A stretch of DNA of 64,000 nt from a virus. Lineage: Duplodnaviria > Caudoviricetes. Both the position numbers and the translations under genes were made by a program. The stretch covers positions 192,001-256,000 of the IMG/VR virus record IMGVR_UViG_3300032312_001422. The stretch is one strand, 5' to 3'. This document shows, piece after piece, positions 32,201 to 38,518 of the stretch. Position 1 is the first letter of the stretch; every line of letters starts with the position of its first letter. The notes below the pieces were generated by a model, which worked only from the letters and a program-made list of their open reading frames with translations, had not been told where the DNA came from and did no database searches.

Positions 32201-32841
32201 GGAATATTGGGATCAATGCCATTGGCACCGGGGCTACGCTGTATCCAAAAATCGTGTCCTGGTTGGTCGATATTAAATGTGTACACACCTCCGCGAACCA
32301 GAGTCAATTGGGTATTAGGTTGATATCCCTTGCCGGTAAATGTGTATCCGCCAACAGCACCGTTTCGTGTCACTGTGTAATTGGCAGCGTAAGGCGCTTG
32401 ATTTCCATAAATCAATACAGAATCTGGTCCGTTGGGCAACCAATAATAATTGTAATAGTTTACAAATTTATCGTAATCAAAATGTCCATCCCAGTTGTAC
32501 ATTTCGCTGCCAAATAGACGTTGCTGATTATCTGTTAGGCCGCCATAATTTTTTATGTTTTGTAATAGGTCAATGTAACCGGTGTTGAACGTTATTTCGC
32601 CGTTGCTGTCAGTTACTACAGCACTGGGTTCCAATTGATAATTTTTTCGCAGATCGGTTGATTCAGGAACATAGTTGTTGCCTGGTTTGTAGGTAGGAGC
32701 AAATGTTCGACCTATATATCCATTGATGGGTGTATTAATTGCGTCGGACGCTAAATGGTCCAGAGTAGCACCAAGGAATCGTTGATTGGTTGGTGTACGG
32801 AATATCCTTGGTAAAAAATTAATTGTGTTGACTATTGCCAT
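20257..32841 (-). CDS. Giant virion structural protein (4194 aa), probable baseplate wedge scaffold with accessory domains
   Basis: Uninterrupted ORF coupled to the gp6-like gene by a 1-nt overlap. Contains CBM5/12-like W-x-A-N repeats, FG-GAP/propeller-like FGxxV segments and a VTVISAGTGYTSSPAVII motif. Confidence 0.8.
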   Translation of the reverse strand: MAIVNTINFLPRIFRTPTNQRFLGATLDHLASDAINTPINGYIGRTFAPTYKPGNNYVPESTDLRKNYQLEPSAVVTDSNGEITFNTGYIDLLQNIKNYGGLTDNQQRLFGSEMYNWDGHFDYDKFVNYYNYYWLPNGPDSVLIYGNQAPYAANYTVTRNGAVGGYTFTGKGYQPNTQLTLVRGGVYTFNIDQPGHDFWIQRSPGANGIDPNIPTVSTRDVYGVTNNGASTGTVTFRVPLYNAQDFYILMPIKSTVDAAVTLKYTDIQNRLLSDFLDEYPDGIDGINNQLQNKTLIFIGNDEDNVYWTTPAVDPAYTSLDVASIRPGDIINDVTRVKTWKINLVAVDSVATDFIIQLSPENAISPREKVFISSGKTYASQKFWLNDNLAYNVEPAITANTDRLYYQDSSNPGFVGEIRIINNTTDTIEVDTEIIGQIGYTSPNGVVFTNGLKIQFDSLVSPASYYKFEYVNYSTWLTALNEMGATVTGNSGGAVAYRNEELVGEWNGTTGYRVREWYVEGVGTAINLVPVGQTTVPEAYGYLLDTSPDYITINRGSRDRNPWARSNRWFHKDVIAATAEYNNATENYGLNLPGRRPIIEFDPDLQLFNFGQQAKNSVDLVTFAETDAFGITIPATRVQGQTTAVVSGITLAPGHRVVFANDYDLNVKNKIWEVTVIEGLAGQNYINLISTDDNPVLAGENVLVTEGSNAGKTYYFDGTDWFESQAKSGINQTPLFDLVDAAGYSFSDTTVYPGSTFAGNKIFNYNVGTGNNDTILGFPLSYQNFNNIGDIVFKNYYHTDSFTYTSDINTGATQSISCSTGYLIKNNDLSTQTKINSWVTGAEDSSQYQLFTKFFDGRVIDINGVNRAFVQVDVLPATTDTIPHLKVYKNNILLAENVDYELTTYGMYNIVVFLSDPAVGDKLDVAIFSDTASKIAHYEVPKNLIQNPLNENFSTIALGQIRTHYNKLLENTAVSGRPLQDTYLKQQNGTLNQHSAPLVYAMTFLNDPMLNFVNGIDLAKKEYSRFKNKFISLCSTLSDLNYNDPITGVDTILRNINSVKNSSFPWYYSDMVPQGGNYTTITYTVLNVRQTNYEIGTIFNPAELSNRAVLIWHNGVQLTLGKDYEFSPTVPAVTFSIPFEIDDTIVIRDYFDTDGNFIPETPSKLGLYPKSEPLIYQDTTYQTPVDVIRGHDGSVMPAFGDFRDDYILELEKRIYNNIKADYTKNIINLYDIVPGRFRTTEYSRDEFIQILSRNFLQWSGTNNVDYTTNSWYDANNSWTWNYEKFTDTVDDKPLQGNWRAIYNYWYDTDQPNRAPWEMLGFGFEPAWWKTRYGSAPYTRGNFTLWEDLEAGYVWNNGNAYTDARFVRPGLTQVIPVDSAGNLLPPTDINIVKQYNLTAAGNNYVIGQEGPVETAWIRSSDYPFAVQMAIAMAKPASYFGTQYDTSRFYVSDITGQFSSATNEKINPADLKINGDTRTGVVHRTSGYINWIADVIKNVGIDPVEKISSYLENLSVKLNYKVGGFTDKNILTVTAEQTTPGAKRSGVIIPDSNYDVYLNKSIPVAVVAYSAVIVQRTNTGYSVVGYNTSDPFFTILPSVANGNAETVTVGDVSAKLYQDTTSRTILVPYGTTYRNIQQLSDFLISYERYLESIGFVFDQFDRDLQEVKNFRTSVKEFLYWSQQGWEVGTVLVLNPATNRLILKTSGTVVDEITNTLNSGRILDQNFLPIKSGNFNIVRTENFASGNQFGITTLNGTGICFASLNLVQFEHVLVFDNESDFGDIIYVPSQGIRQYRLNLSGAKTGRWTGALSASGYMYNTTNVVNWTADTDYQVGDIVTFNNNYYTALDSIPATTKFNVADWAQIQESDLKTGLLPSLGLLAQQSENIYNVDQPPANETLQLFSAGLIGFRPRDYLTDLGLTTATQTKFYQGLIKEKGTLNSITALTKGNFDNVTGNIAIFEEWGFKVGEYGDLDGNQFKEFVLDQSVFNTNPVAFTLGNTYSAGNIIVNLQANANLTISNVYNSSNLSNTSTAIYSNRDKDFYVNDLPTAGYVHVDDADLTIFNINDYNQNPDVGVGSKIWTAKDTGNQWNVYRVTETDISATTLTYVLDDYAQLLFTDRHPFQVGDLLILKGFQVAYFDNSILENFSTNYDNIYKVVDVVNDLTVTVQLKDTAALSNLIATSPVVSEAAVYKLISSKVSTVTAIDGLLPMHGWINNDRIWVDTATADAGWGVYTFNQAWPNTTSGNLVANTVTANDQFGSQLTISTTGKYFYSSNPGQKQVQVFANIGGTYSANVTVSNAEAKFGSVLESQGNLLAVAAAGNVRVYRHNDNTTANTIAIPWVSNAFPTLGTAWTANTIIAINTQISNGSNTYVTTGNVYGPTFANIIANTRAVNFIPVNSIISYLSNVYITTGNVCPANVFLETTAEKFAAITSNVRQIDVTAGNITLLQTITTGNMSGNISSVSMSADMKQIYIGGNNRVEAYTTTNGNWANVKYTWATAVTGTGAFGNVIKTVGNGTLVLIAAPDATNTYTYNGNVYYYTANLTTNALSLTQTLTSEYKNQGAQFGYQIGVDSTAANVFIGAPASLGTDNFYGIVEHWTYTGNNYVRAGNISRPRDQSGSFGTTVSVSPDAKFVAVGSRGSASEETTVFDDSVTVIDNNSTKFIDSIVASGSVYVFEPLMNLSNSADVVYSFTQELETGRYAQLETGDNFGSAIVAAPGLLLASAPESDSASGIVYTFNNLTNTPSWALTRSQQPQVDIDSINRSFIYNKLNNNLITPLDIVDPAKGKILSSVAGDINYRLDHDPATYNAGTQNIYKDYHWGPAQVGHIWWNLDNLRYTNYEQDSLIYRLNHWGNRFPESKIEIYEWVESSVLPSEFVASGESGIPLYSDNSAYSTYGYVDQSGAVRVKYYFWVAFRDQANTRAGKQNSIVAITSAIENPQNQNIPYATVLRNDTIALYNVKNLLVGKNSVLHLGGQSTNAGLIHSEYALVQENSASSQLPANIVNKLIDSLCEEDIEGNPVPDPGLPASQRYGINIRPRQTMFIDINTALKNLITQVNQKLYYYPVTQRKVLTLLNSEQAVPSSRTGQYDLAIDTKSELSYITTDNLAVGYKVLVLSDPTYLTKWAIYNWTGTAWAVPSDGTRPLGNGVFGNWVQSYKTSLYWNYIDWYSVDFDPTTTVDVTVTDNLEFGKLTLQADTYIKVLNAGNDEFAIYYIDNNLNRVTVGLGSGTVQIPTIETHIPGKEFRQILLSLKNEIFIDDLAIEFNELFFNLIKYALVEQKNLDWVFKTSFISATQYIRKLEQFASYITDNQDFYQSYINEVKPYRTILREFNINYQRDDEFGGDITDFDLAPYWDSNINVYRSPSGELGYDTGLLNNRVYYDWKNNYSYGVVDVVVGAGGSGYVTAPQIIISGGGGTGANAVAQINGFGQVANVTVISAGTGYTSSPAVIINGTGTGAVATAVLRNVFDGNDTGHNVVRSIKTNIKFDRVTYDWKKFSPAIEDWSNSYSTTTGLTNANAAVMWNEVVAGQVIAANTVINLDNEIYQLSIFPHTVSANVDFPLANVLSIDAGALPTANDRIVAYNGNVDLSASAEGIDYPGVIVDGNTYFAYDTVPAWTANTNIATDTQISHSGNIYIVTGNVYATYFANIVANVTQVSGEKIDAIIQSRFADNLGVDSGNIYVDGGEYVDRFSSHAPEELVPGHMFDSLNLKVFSNTAPATNDYAFRLFDNMSEEHTFYRISDEYTTTLARDLLITDDKIFVTDGTRLPNPNRDAGIPGVIFVNGEKISYYRNYAQETITAWTANAVIPTDTVTSFNGNIYLTLGNVYAPNTPWTANTTFGANSYVYFSGNSYRVTGNVNAPYFANISANTALIYNNENSGFATINSNVALIANTANVLGQIRRATDGTAPNSLNTTPWSTNVTLSTGTYITYNGNTYVTTGNVYGFDISWRSNVVLAPNTYFFYGSNVYQVSSNVGANVYGSSFANVSANANVKYTGRIDSGYASIESNVRLLYTGTNNVRHLANTRVVDSSEQQTIPDIVISNTSVVANTAINTTSNVALRLRLNGNITANIGDYILTNIANLRLLETVTTASNIAVLPHTGNIFTGNANTISIVSRITGNATTTATTVMYANVLGQVSSVGNVTILANTYVTQSSIWYGNVTNAFYGNTLANSTTAQASFLMASPGYTP

Positions 32842-35800
32842 TAATATGTTCCGACTAATGTATTGCCCAAATTCAATTGAGCGGCTGTAATGGCTGAAAT
32901 TATTTCAACATCATTAACTGTGGCGGCACTGGTAATAATTTCCCAGGGTTCGGCATTGATTTGAAAATAATTACCAAATACCAAATTATTACTGGCTGGT
33001 ACAATCAACACGCTTGATATATTAGGTGTCAGTGTGCTGTGCAAGTATGCGGCCAATTCACTAAAATAAAATGTTTCACCAAAATCCCAATTACTCACGT
33101 CAAAGTATTTGTTTACTGCGGTAATAACTTGACTTTTAATTTCATTGTCTGTTACGTTGGCAACTGGATTTTTTACTACTTGGAATCGAGCACGTAGACT
33201 AACATCAGCCTTGGCGCCAAACAAAGGTTTAAATTTTGCTGGATTGTAAATTAATGTATCACTTACTGCTTTATAATTATCCAAGTCGCTGTATGCTGTT
33301 TCTAAACTGGTGCTGGTTGGCAATTCTGGTTCTGTGATTGCGCCGGTTAGGTCTTTGAGATAGTTTGCGTAATCTGTGGCATAAGTTGAGGTCAGCACGT
33401 AAACGTCAACAATGTTTACCGGGGTTGGATTAATGCGGCTACGCCCAGGAACATTATGACGATACTGGAAATACAAACTATCCCTGTCCGTCGATCCAGC
33501 AGCAACTTGAAGATACAGGTCTGGATTGTCGGGAATATTTTCAGCTTGTGTAGTTGGTACACGAACTAACACTTTGGTTTTGTCCACATACCCATCGGTT
33601 GCGGTGATAGTATTATAAATTTGCCACACTATGTCATTGTCTAATGTTGCGGAGGCATTGGGTTTGGTATTAATTTTTAAAATTTTAATAATGTCTTTGA
33701 CATTGGTGCCAATGACGGAGTTGTACACACGCACCGCAGGATCAAAATAAAACTTGGTATTGCCGGCACTAGCAAAAGCATATTCAAGATTTCTATAGTT
33801 AATTGTGTATATGCCTTGGTTGTAAGTAAATTTCAGTATCCAGTCTGTGCTCAATCCAATATCAGCTGGTGCAATATTTTCCCATACACCATATGGTCCA
33901 AATGAGCCGTCTTCGTACTGTACTCTGACTGTTGTGTTGTATTTTAAACCAAAATTCAGCAGGGCCTTGATCTGTGTAATTATGTTGCTAATTAAACTGG
34001 TGCTTAGATCGTTTTTGTAGGCCGGTACAATAGCTTCTGCTCCAGTTAGACTCACATTACTTAAAATTGCACCGGTTGGGACCACTGTGCCTAAAGTGAT
34101 TCTGTTGGGCATAGTCAAGTCTGAGTCAGCTACAATATCTGTGACCACAGCGTAAAAATTCAATGTGTCGCCAGCATTGATCAGCGTATTACCCAACTGT
34201 AGCTGATGTTCACTGTTGAATCTGTATCCGGTTGGTGCACTGAATTGCAACACAGCACCTGTATCAACATACTTTAAATAATGGCTGACATTGGCGCCTA
34301 CCTGTAATGTAACGTTGCTGGCCAAGTTGGCCAAAAATCCTGTACTGGTTCCTGTGCTTACTGTATTCTGATTGAACTTGATATTGCCGCCCGAGACTGT
34401 GTTGGTGTTGCCGCTGAGTCTTGGGAATACTGACGTATTACCGTAGTAGTAGTTTCTAACTTCTGTACTGTTAATTGTTGGTATAATTACATCGTACACA
34501 GCTGAATAAATGTCGTTGTCGGTTAAGAAATCAAACTGTGTTGATCCAATTTTGTTGTTGGCTGATATTGTACCATCATCGCCAAAAATATTTGTGCTGG
34601 AGAAACTGCCGGTTGGGTCCAGTGCGTCTAGATATAAACTCACACCTGAGCTGGTACGATTAACTGCTTTGATCTTTTGAATACTACCATAGTTGGTCTG
34701 TGGAAAGATGTTGTAGTCTTCCGCAGTGATCATACGATTTTGTGTGTAGTACTGTTGTGGAGCTGAAGCTTTGATACTGCTCAAACTTGGTGCTGCATTG
34801 GCATTGGTCACAGTATAATTCAAGCTGGCTGTAACAGTCAGTGTTTCAACTCTGTTTTGTTTGCTGATGTAGCTAAAGGCCACGCTTACACTGGCCATGT
34901 CATCGGGGGTGATACTGTAGGTAATGCCATTGCTGGTACGATAATAAAAACGGAAACGACCTTGTGGTATGTTGCTGAAACTACCATCTCCAAACACCAC
35001 ATCAACTTGATCGTTGGTGCGAGTGTTTACTTGATAAAGATTTTTTTCTGTCAATTGATTATAGATAACATTGATGCCGCTCAAGGCCGGAACTTTGGTC
35101 CATTTCTCGCTGACATTTCTATTCACGTCCAGGCTGTATAACCACTGGTCTGTGTTGTTGATATTGTTAGTGGCCACTGTAACAAAGTTGTTGGGGATAG
35201 CATTGGTAATGTTAAATTCAGTAGAATTTAATTTTCCTTGTTTAAAATACAAAAAGAATCCAGTATTGTTACTGCCATTGCCGTTGTTGTCATTGCGATA
35301 CAAAATGTTAAATGCGCCGGCACTGGTTGGATCACGTTCGTAAAGATAACTTTGTCCCATGCTAGTGGCACTTACTGCTTCAAACGTTACACTACTGCCT
35401 TGTATGGTTGTGGTAAACGGGGCCACCGGTAAAGTATTTGTGTTTAGGCTAATTGTGTATTCGTCTGTTTTGATGTTGTTGATCAATTGACTGTTGCCAG
35501 GCTTGCCCACTGCTTGGCTGCTGACCAAGGCAGAATTGATAATAGTGGTAAACTGTTCTAGCCAGTTTTCGTTGGTAAGATCATTCCAGTGTATGGTAGC
35601 ATTGCTTAAATTAATGCCTGAGCTGTCGGTTAAGGATTCTGTGGTACGAACACTTTCAAATTTGAGCAGTCCGCTAGCACCTGTGTTGCGTTGCGGATTG
35701 TAACTGAGCATACGTGCCAGCTTTAAAATGCTGTCTCGACGCTGTGCTGTGTCAATGAAATTTTCACGAGCATTTAGGTCTGCACGGAACGCCAGGCTCT

Positions 35801-36017
35801 GTCCCAAAAACGCAATCATGTCAATCAAGGCCAGATATTCTGAGCTTTCTAGGAAATCATTGAATGTTTCGGGGTAATATGTTTTGAGATAGGTGATCAT
35901 GCTGTTACGCAGAGTCTCAAAATCATAGCTGGTGAAGTCAGCGTTGGTAAACGTTTGATAGATCTTGGTCCAGTCTTGCTGTACTAAGAGGTTGGTTTGA
36001 CGTGTGGTTTGTGCCAT
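32841..36017 (-). CDS. gp6: Baseplate wedge subunit (T4 gp6-like)
   Basis: DFETLRNSMITYL...LIDMIAFLGQSLAFRADLNARENFIDTAQRRDSILKLARMLSYNP and QNRMITAEDY. Confidence 0.85.
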   Translation of the reverse strand: MAQTTRQTNLLVQQDWTKIYQTFTNADFTSYDFETLRNSMITYLKTYYPETFNDFLESSEYLALIDMIAFLGQSLAFRADLNARENFIDTAQRRDSILKLARMLSYNPQRNTGASGLLKFESVRTTESLTDSSGINLSNATIHWNDLTNENWLEQFTTIINSALVSSQAVGKPGNSQLINNIKTDEYTISLNTNTLPVAPFTTTIQGSSVTFEAVSATSMGQSYLYERDPTSAGAFNILYRNDNNGNGSNNTGFFLYFKQGKLNSTEFNITNAIPNNFVTVATNNINNTDQWLYSLDVNRNVSEKWTKVPALSGINVIYNQLTEKNLYQVNTRTNDQVDVVFGDGSFSNIPQGRFRFYYRTSNGITYSITPDDMASVSVAFSYISKQNRVETLTVTASLNYTVTNANAAPSLSSIKASAPQQYYTQNRMITAEDYNIFPQTNYGSIQKIKAVNRTSSGVSLYLDALDPTGSFSSTNIFGDDGTISANNKIGSTQFDFLTDNDIYSAVYDVIIPTINSTEVRNYYYGNTSVFPRLSGNTNTVSGGNIKFNQNTVSTGTSTGFLANLASNVTLQVGANVSHYLKYVDTGAVLQFSAPTGYRFNSEHQLQLGNTLINAGDTLNFYAVVTDIVADSDLTMPNRITLGTVVPTGAILSNVSLTGAEAIVPAYKNDLSTSLISNIITQIKALLNFGLKYNTTVRVQYEDGSFGPYGVWENIAPADIGLSTDWILKFTYNQGIYTINYRNLEYAFASAGNTKFYFDPAVRVYNSVIGTNVKDIIKILKINTKPNASATLDNDIVWQIYNTITATDGYVDKTKVLVRVPTTQAENIPDNPDLYLQVAAGSTDRDSLYFQYRHNVPGRSRINPTPVNIVDVYVLTSTYATDYANYLKDLTGAITEPELPTSTSLETAYSDLDNYKAVSDTLIYNPAKFKPLFGAKADVSLRARFQVVKNPVANVTDNEIKSQVITAVNKYFDVSNWDFGETFYFSELAAYLHSTLTPNISSVLIVPASNNLVFGNYFQINAEPWEIITSAATVNDVEIISAITAAQLNLGNTLVGTY

Positions 36018-36037
36018 GTTATTTTATCCGTATCAAG

Positions 36038-36045
36038 TATTTATC
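36038..36045 (-). promoter_or_regulatory. T4-type late promoter (GATAAATA)
   Basis: Intergenic, 21 nt upstream of the gp6-like ATG. Confidence 0.6.
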
Positions 36046-36065
36046 GGAAAGAATAATATGGTCTG

Positions 36066-36440
36066 TTAATTAGTGATTAATCTATTGTTGGCTCGATCAA
36101 AGTTTAACGCAATGGTTTGTGTTTGATCTGTGGGAATATAGGCCAAATCAATTGCTATTAAAAACCCATTGTCCTGCTCGGTTACTGCCACTTGTTGTAC
36201 AGCAAGTCTAGGGTCATAACTTACAATTCTTGTGATATCAGTGGTGATAATTTGTTTGGTATCTTCTGTTAAGGGTTCAAACAACATGTCCCAGATTATG
36301 CTGCCAAACTCAGGGTTCATGAGTTTTTCACCTTTGCGTATTTCAAAGTGATTGATCATGTCTTGTTTGGCCAATTCAAAGTCGGTGAGTCTATACTTTT
36401 TGGCATTGAGTCTGGTGCTGAATCCGCGATATATTGTCAT
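36066..36440 (-). CDS. gp25: Baseplate wedge subunit (gp25/GPW family)
   Basis: YRGFST...LAKQDMINHFEIRKGEKLMNPEFGSIIWDMLFEP...YDPRL. Confidence 0.9.
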   Translation of the reverse strand: MTIYRGFSTRLNAKKYRLTDFELAKQDMINHFEIRKGEKLMNPEFGSIIWDMLFEPLTEDTKQIITTDITRIVSYDPRLAVQQVAVTEQDNGFLIAIDLAYIPTDQTQTIALNFDRANNRLITN

Positions 36441-36448
36441 AATAGTAT

Positions 36449-37096
36449 TTATTTGCTTAAAATTGTTATGGCATATCGGCCAGCAGTATAATAACTAGCG
36501 CCTGCGCCAACACTAAAGTAACGCCAGGCATAGGCACCTGTGCCTGTGGTATTGTTCAAGGTGGCGGCTGTACCTGCTCCTAACACCCAGGCCACGTACA
36601 GCATACCTGCTACTACATCTGCGGTGTCGTTGATTTTTATTGCGGCAACTTTGACACACTCACTGTACAAATCTACCAGGCGTTGGTAGGCCAAAAGTTC
36701 TTGCGCCGACGTATTATTTAAAAAATCATTTATGTTGGCAACTTCTGTCAAGTAATCAGCGTAAGTGCTAAAAATAGCTCGCCAGCAATGTTGATAATTT
36801 ACACAATCCGTACCATAGCTGACGTTTGATCCAGCTGTTAGTAATCCGTAAGTCTCTAAGAGATTGGTATCAAATTGATATCTACCTAGCTCGTTGTTAG
36901 CACCAATTTTTGTATAGGACCAAGCACTGGAAACATAAGCTATTTGTGCCAACAAATTTCTTTGCTGTGTGTTAGATAGCTGTGCTATAACTGCCCAGTC
37001 CGGACACGATGCTGTCATGTCAGGACGACCCAACCAACTGACTGGCAACGGGTCAGGCGGTAGTGTGCGAGTGGCTTGAGCTATTCCTGCGTCCAT
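36449..37096 (-). CDS. Lysozyme-like fold protein coupled to gp5, possibly non-catalytic
   Basis: LGRYQF motif and VAGMLYVAWVLGAG...YYTAGRYA; TAATG overlap with the gp5-like gene. Confidence 0.5.
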   Translation of the reverse strand: MDAGIAQATRTLPPDPLPVSWLGRPDMTASCPDWAVIAQLSNTQQRNLLAQIAYVSSAWSYTKIGANNELGRYQFDTNLLETYGLLTAGSNVSYGTDCVNYQHCWRAIFSTYADYLTEVANINDFLNNTSAQELLAYQRLVDLYSECVKVAAIKINDTADVVAGMLYVAWVLGAGTAATLNNTTGTGAYAWRYFSVGAGASYYTAGRYAITILSK

Positions 37097-38502
37097 TATT
37101 TCTTGGGCCTTTGTCCGTTAGCATCTGTCCAGGGCTCGTGTGCTGGTGCCACTGTGCAGGCTGTCATGATTACCCCGCCAGTGTTCCATACGCCACCTTG
37201 TAACTTGGTATCTGGCTTTGGGGTAACAGTGGGCGGCGTAACTGGCATTGGTATGCCAGGTTTGCCTGAATTTAACATCAGCATGCCACCAGTCACACTG
37301 GTTTTTATCAAACTACTCATGCTTAACCAACCGCCGGCAGTCAAACTGGCTTTACCCACTGCACTCAAGGTCAATGCACCGTTGCATTTTAAACTGGCCA
37401 TGCCCACAGCACTGGCACTGAAGTTGCCTGAAGTAGCTATGCTAATTGATCCCAGGGGCACTTTATCATTGCCCATAGCAGTCATTTTAATATTTGGAGC
37501 ACTCATGTTGAGTAGGACATCGCTGTGCAAATTCAATACGCCTTGTGTGCGTAGGTTAAAGCCGGCAGCGCCATACACATTTATCTGTCCGTTTTTACTG
37601 AATTCTAACCAGTGTTGTCCACTGGCGCTGGCAATGTATAAAACGTTTTCTGAGTCGTTCATTAAGATCTGATGCCCACCAGTGGTACGCAATCTCATCA
37701 GCTGATCTTTTCCAGCTGCATCACCGTCGTCCATGACAAACGTGTGTCCACCTTGTCTGGCCAATACTTTTTCTGGTTGGCCGGCCACTTGATCGCCTTT
37801 GCTTACTTTGCGTCCGGGTGTGCTGATGCCATATACGTTGCTGGGACTTTCACGCATGCTACTGGAACTGATAGCACCTCGTATGAGATCCCTATCCAAG
37901 CCCTGCATGATCAATCTGGCGGCTTGAAATTCGTGTGTGTAGCGTGGTGTATTTTCTAAACCATCGGCATCAAATGCTGTGGGCTCATATTTGGTACTGT
38001 ACTCTACCACTGGAAAATTGCTAGATCCTGATGCAGGCAAAGATCCCGGTGCCTTGGTGCGATCTTTGCCGCCAATGTTACGACCAATAGCCGGAACCAT
38101 GTGATGACTACTACTATCGTAGATACAACCAATCCAGTACCAGTCTCCGGCAGGAGTACACATTACCAACACTTTGTTGCCAATGTCTGGGGGTACCATC
38201 CACATGCCGTAGCTTTGTCCGCTGGTAAATGCTCCTTCGGGAATCAGATCAGATTGTTGATCAGTTCCAAAAGTTGTTCCAAAGAATGGACTACAGTAAT
38301 TGGCCACCACAGTATTACCTTCGTCGGCAGGAAGATCCCTGGTTGATGTTGTAACTACTTTGACACGCAATTGGCCTAATCTAGTACCAGCAGCATGAGC
38401 CACTACCACTGCTTCGTATGGGCCCGAATTTAAAGCTGTAGATTTGGGATCAGCTACCGCAGTAGGGTCTGCGCCGGACTTTCTAACCTGTTCTGTTGCC
38501 AT
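37096..38502 (-). CDS. gp5: Baseplate hub / central spike (gp5/VgrG-like)
   Basis: OB-fold YGMWMVPPDIGNKVLV, then GHTFVMDDG...LRTTGGHQILMND and beta-helix-like repeats. Confidence 0.8.
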   Translation of the reverse strand: MATEQVRKSGADPTAVADPKSTALNSGPYEAVVVAHAAGTRLGQLRVKVVTTSTRDLPADEGNTVVANYCSPFFGTTFGTDQQSDLIPEGAFTSGQSYGMWMVPPDIGNKVLVMCTPAGDWYWIGCIYDSSSHHMVPAIGRNIGGKDRTKAPGSLPASGSSNFPVVEYSTKYEPTAFDADGLENTPRYTHEFQAARLIMQGLDRDLIRGAISSSSMRESPSNVYGISTPGRKVSKGDQVAGQPEKVLARQGGHTFVMDDGDAAGKDQLMRLRTTGGHQILMNDSENVLYIASASGQHWLEFSKNGQINVYGAAGFNLRTQGVLNLHSDVLLNMSAPNIKMTAMGNDKVPLGSISIATSGNFSASAVGMASLKCNGALTLSAVGKASLTAGGWLSMSSLIKTSVTGGMLMLNSGKPGIPMPVTPPTVTPKPDTKLQGGVWNTGGVIMTACTVAPAHEPWTDANGQRPKK

Positions 38503-38518
38503 TGTTTACTTGATTCCT

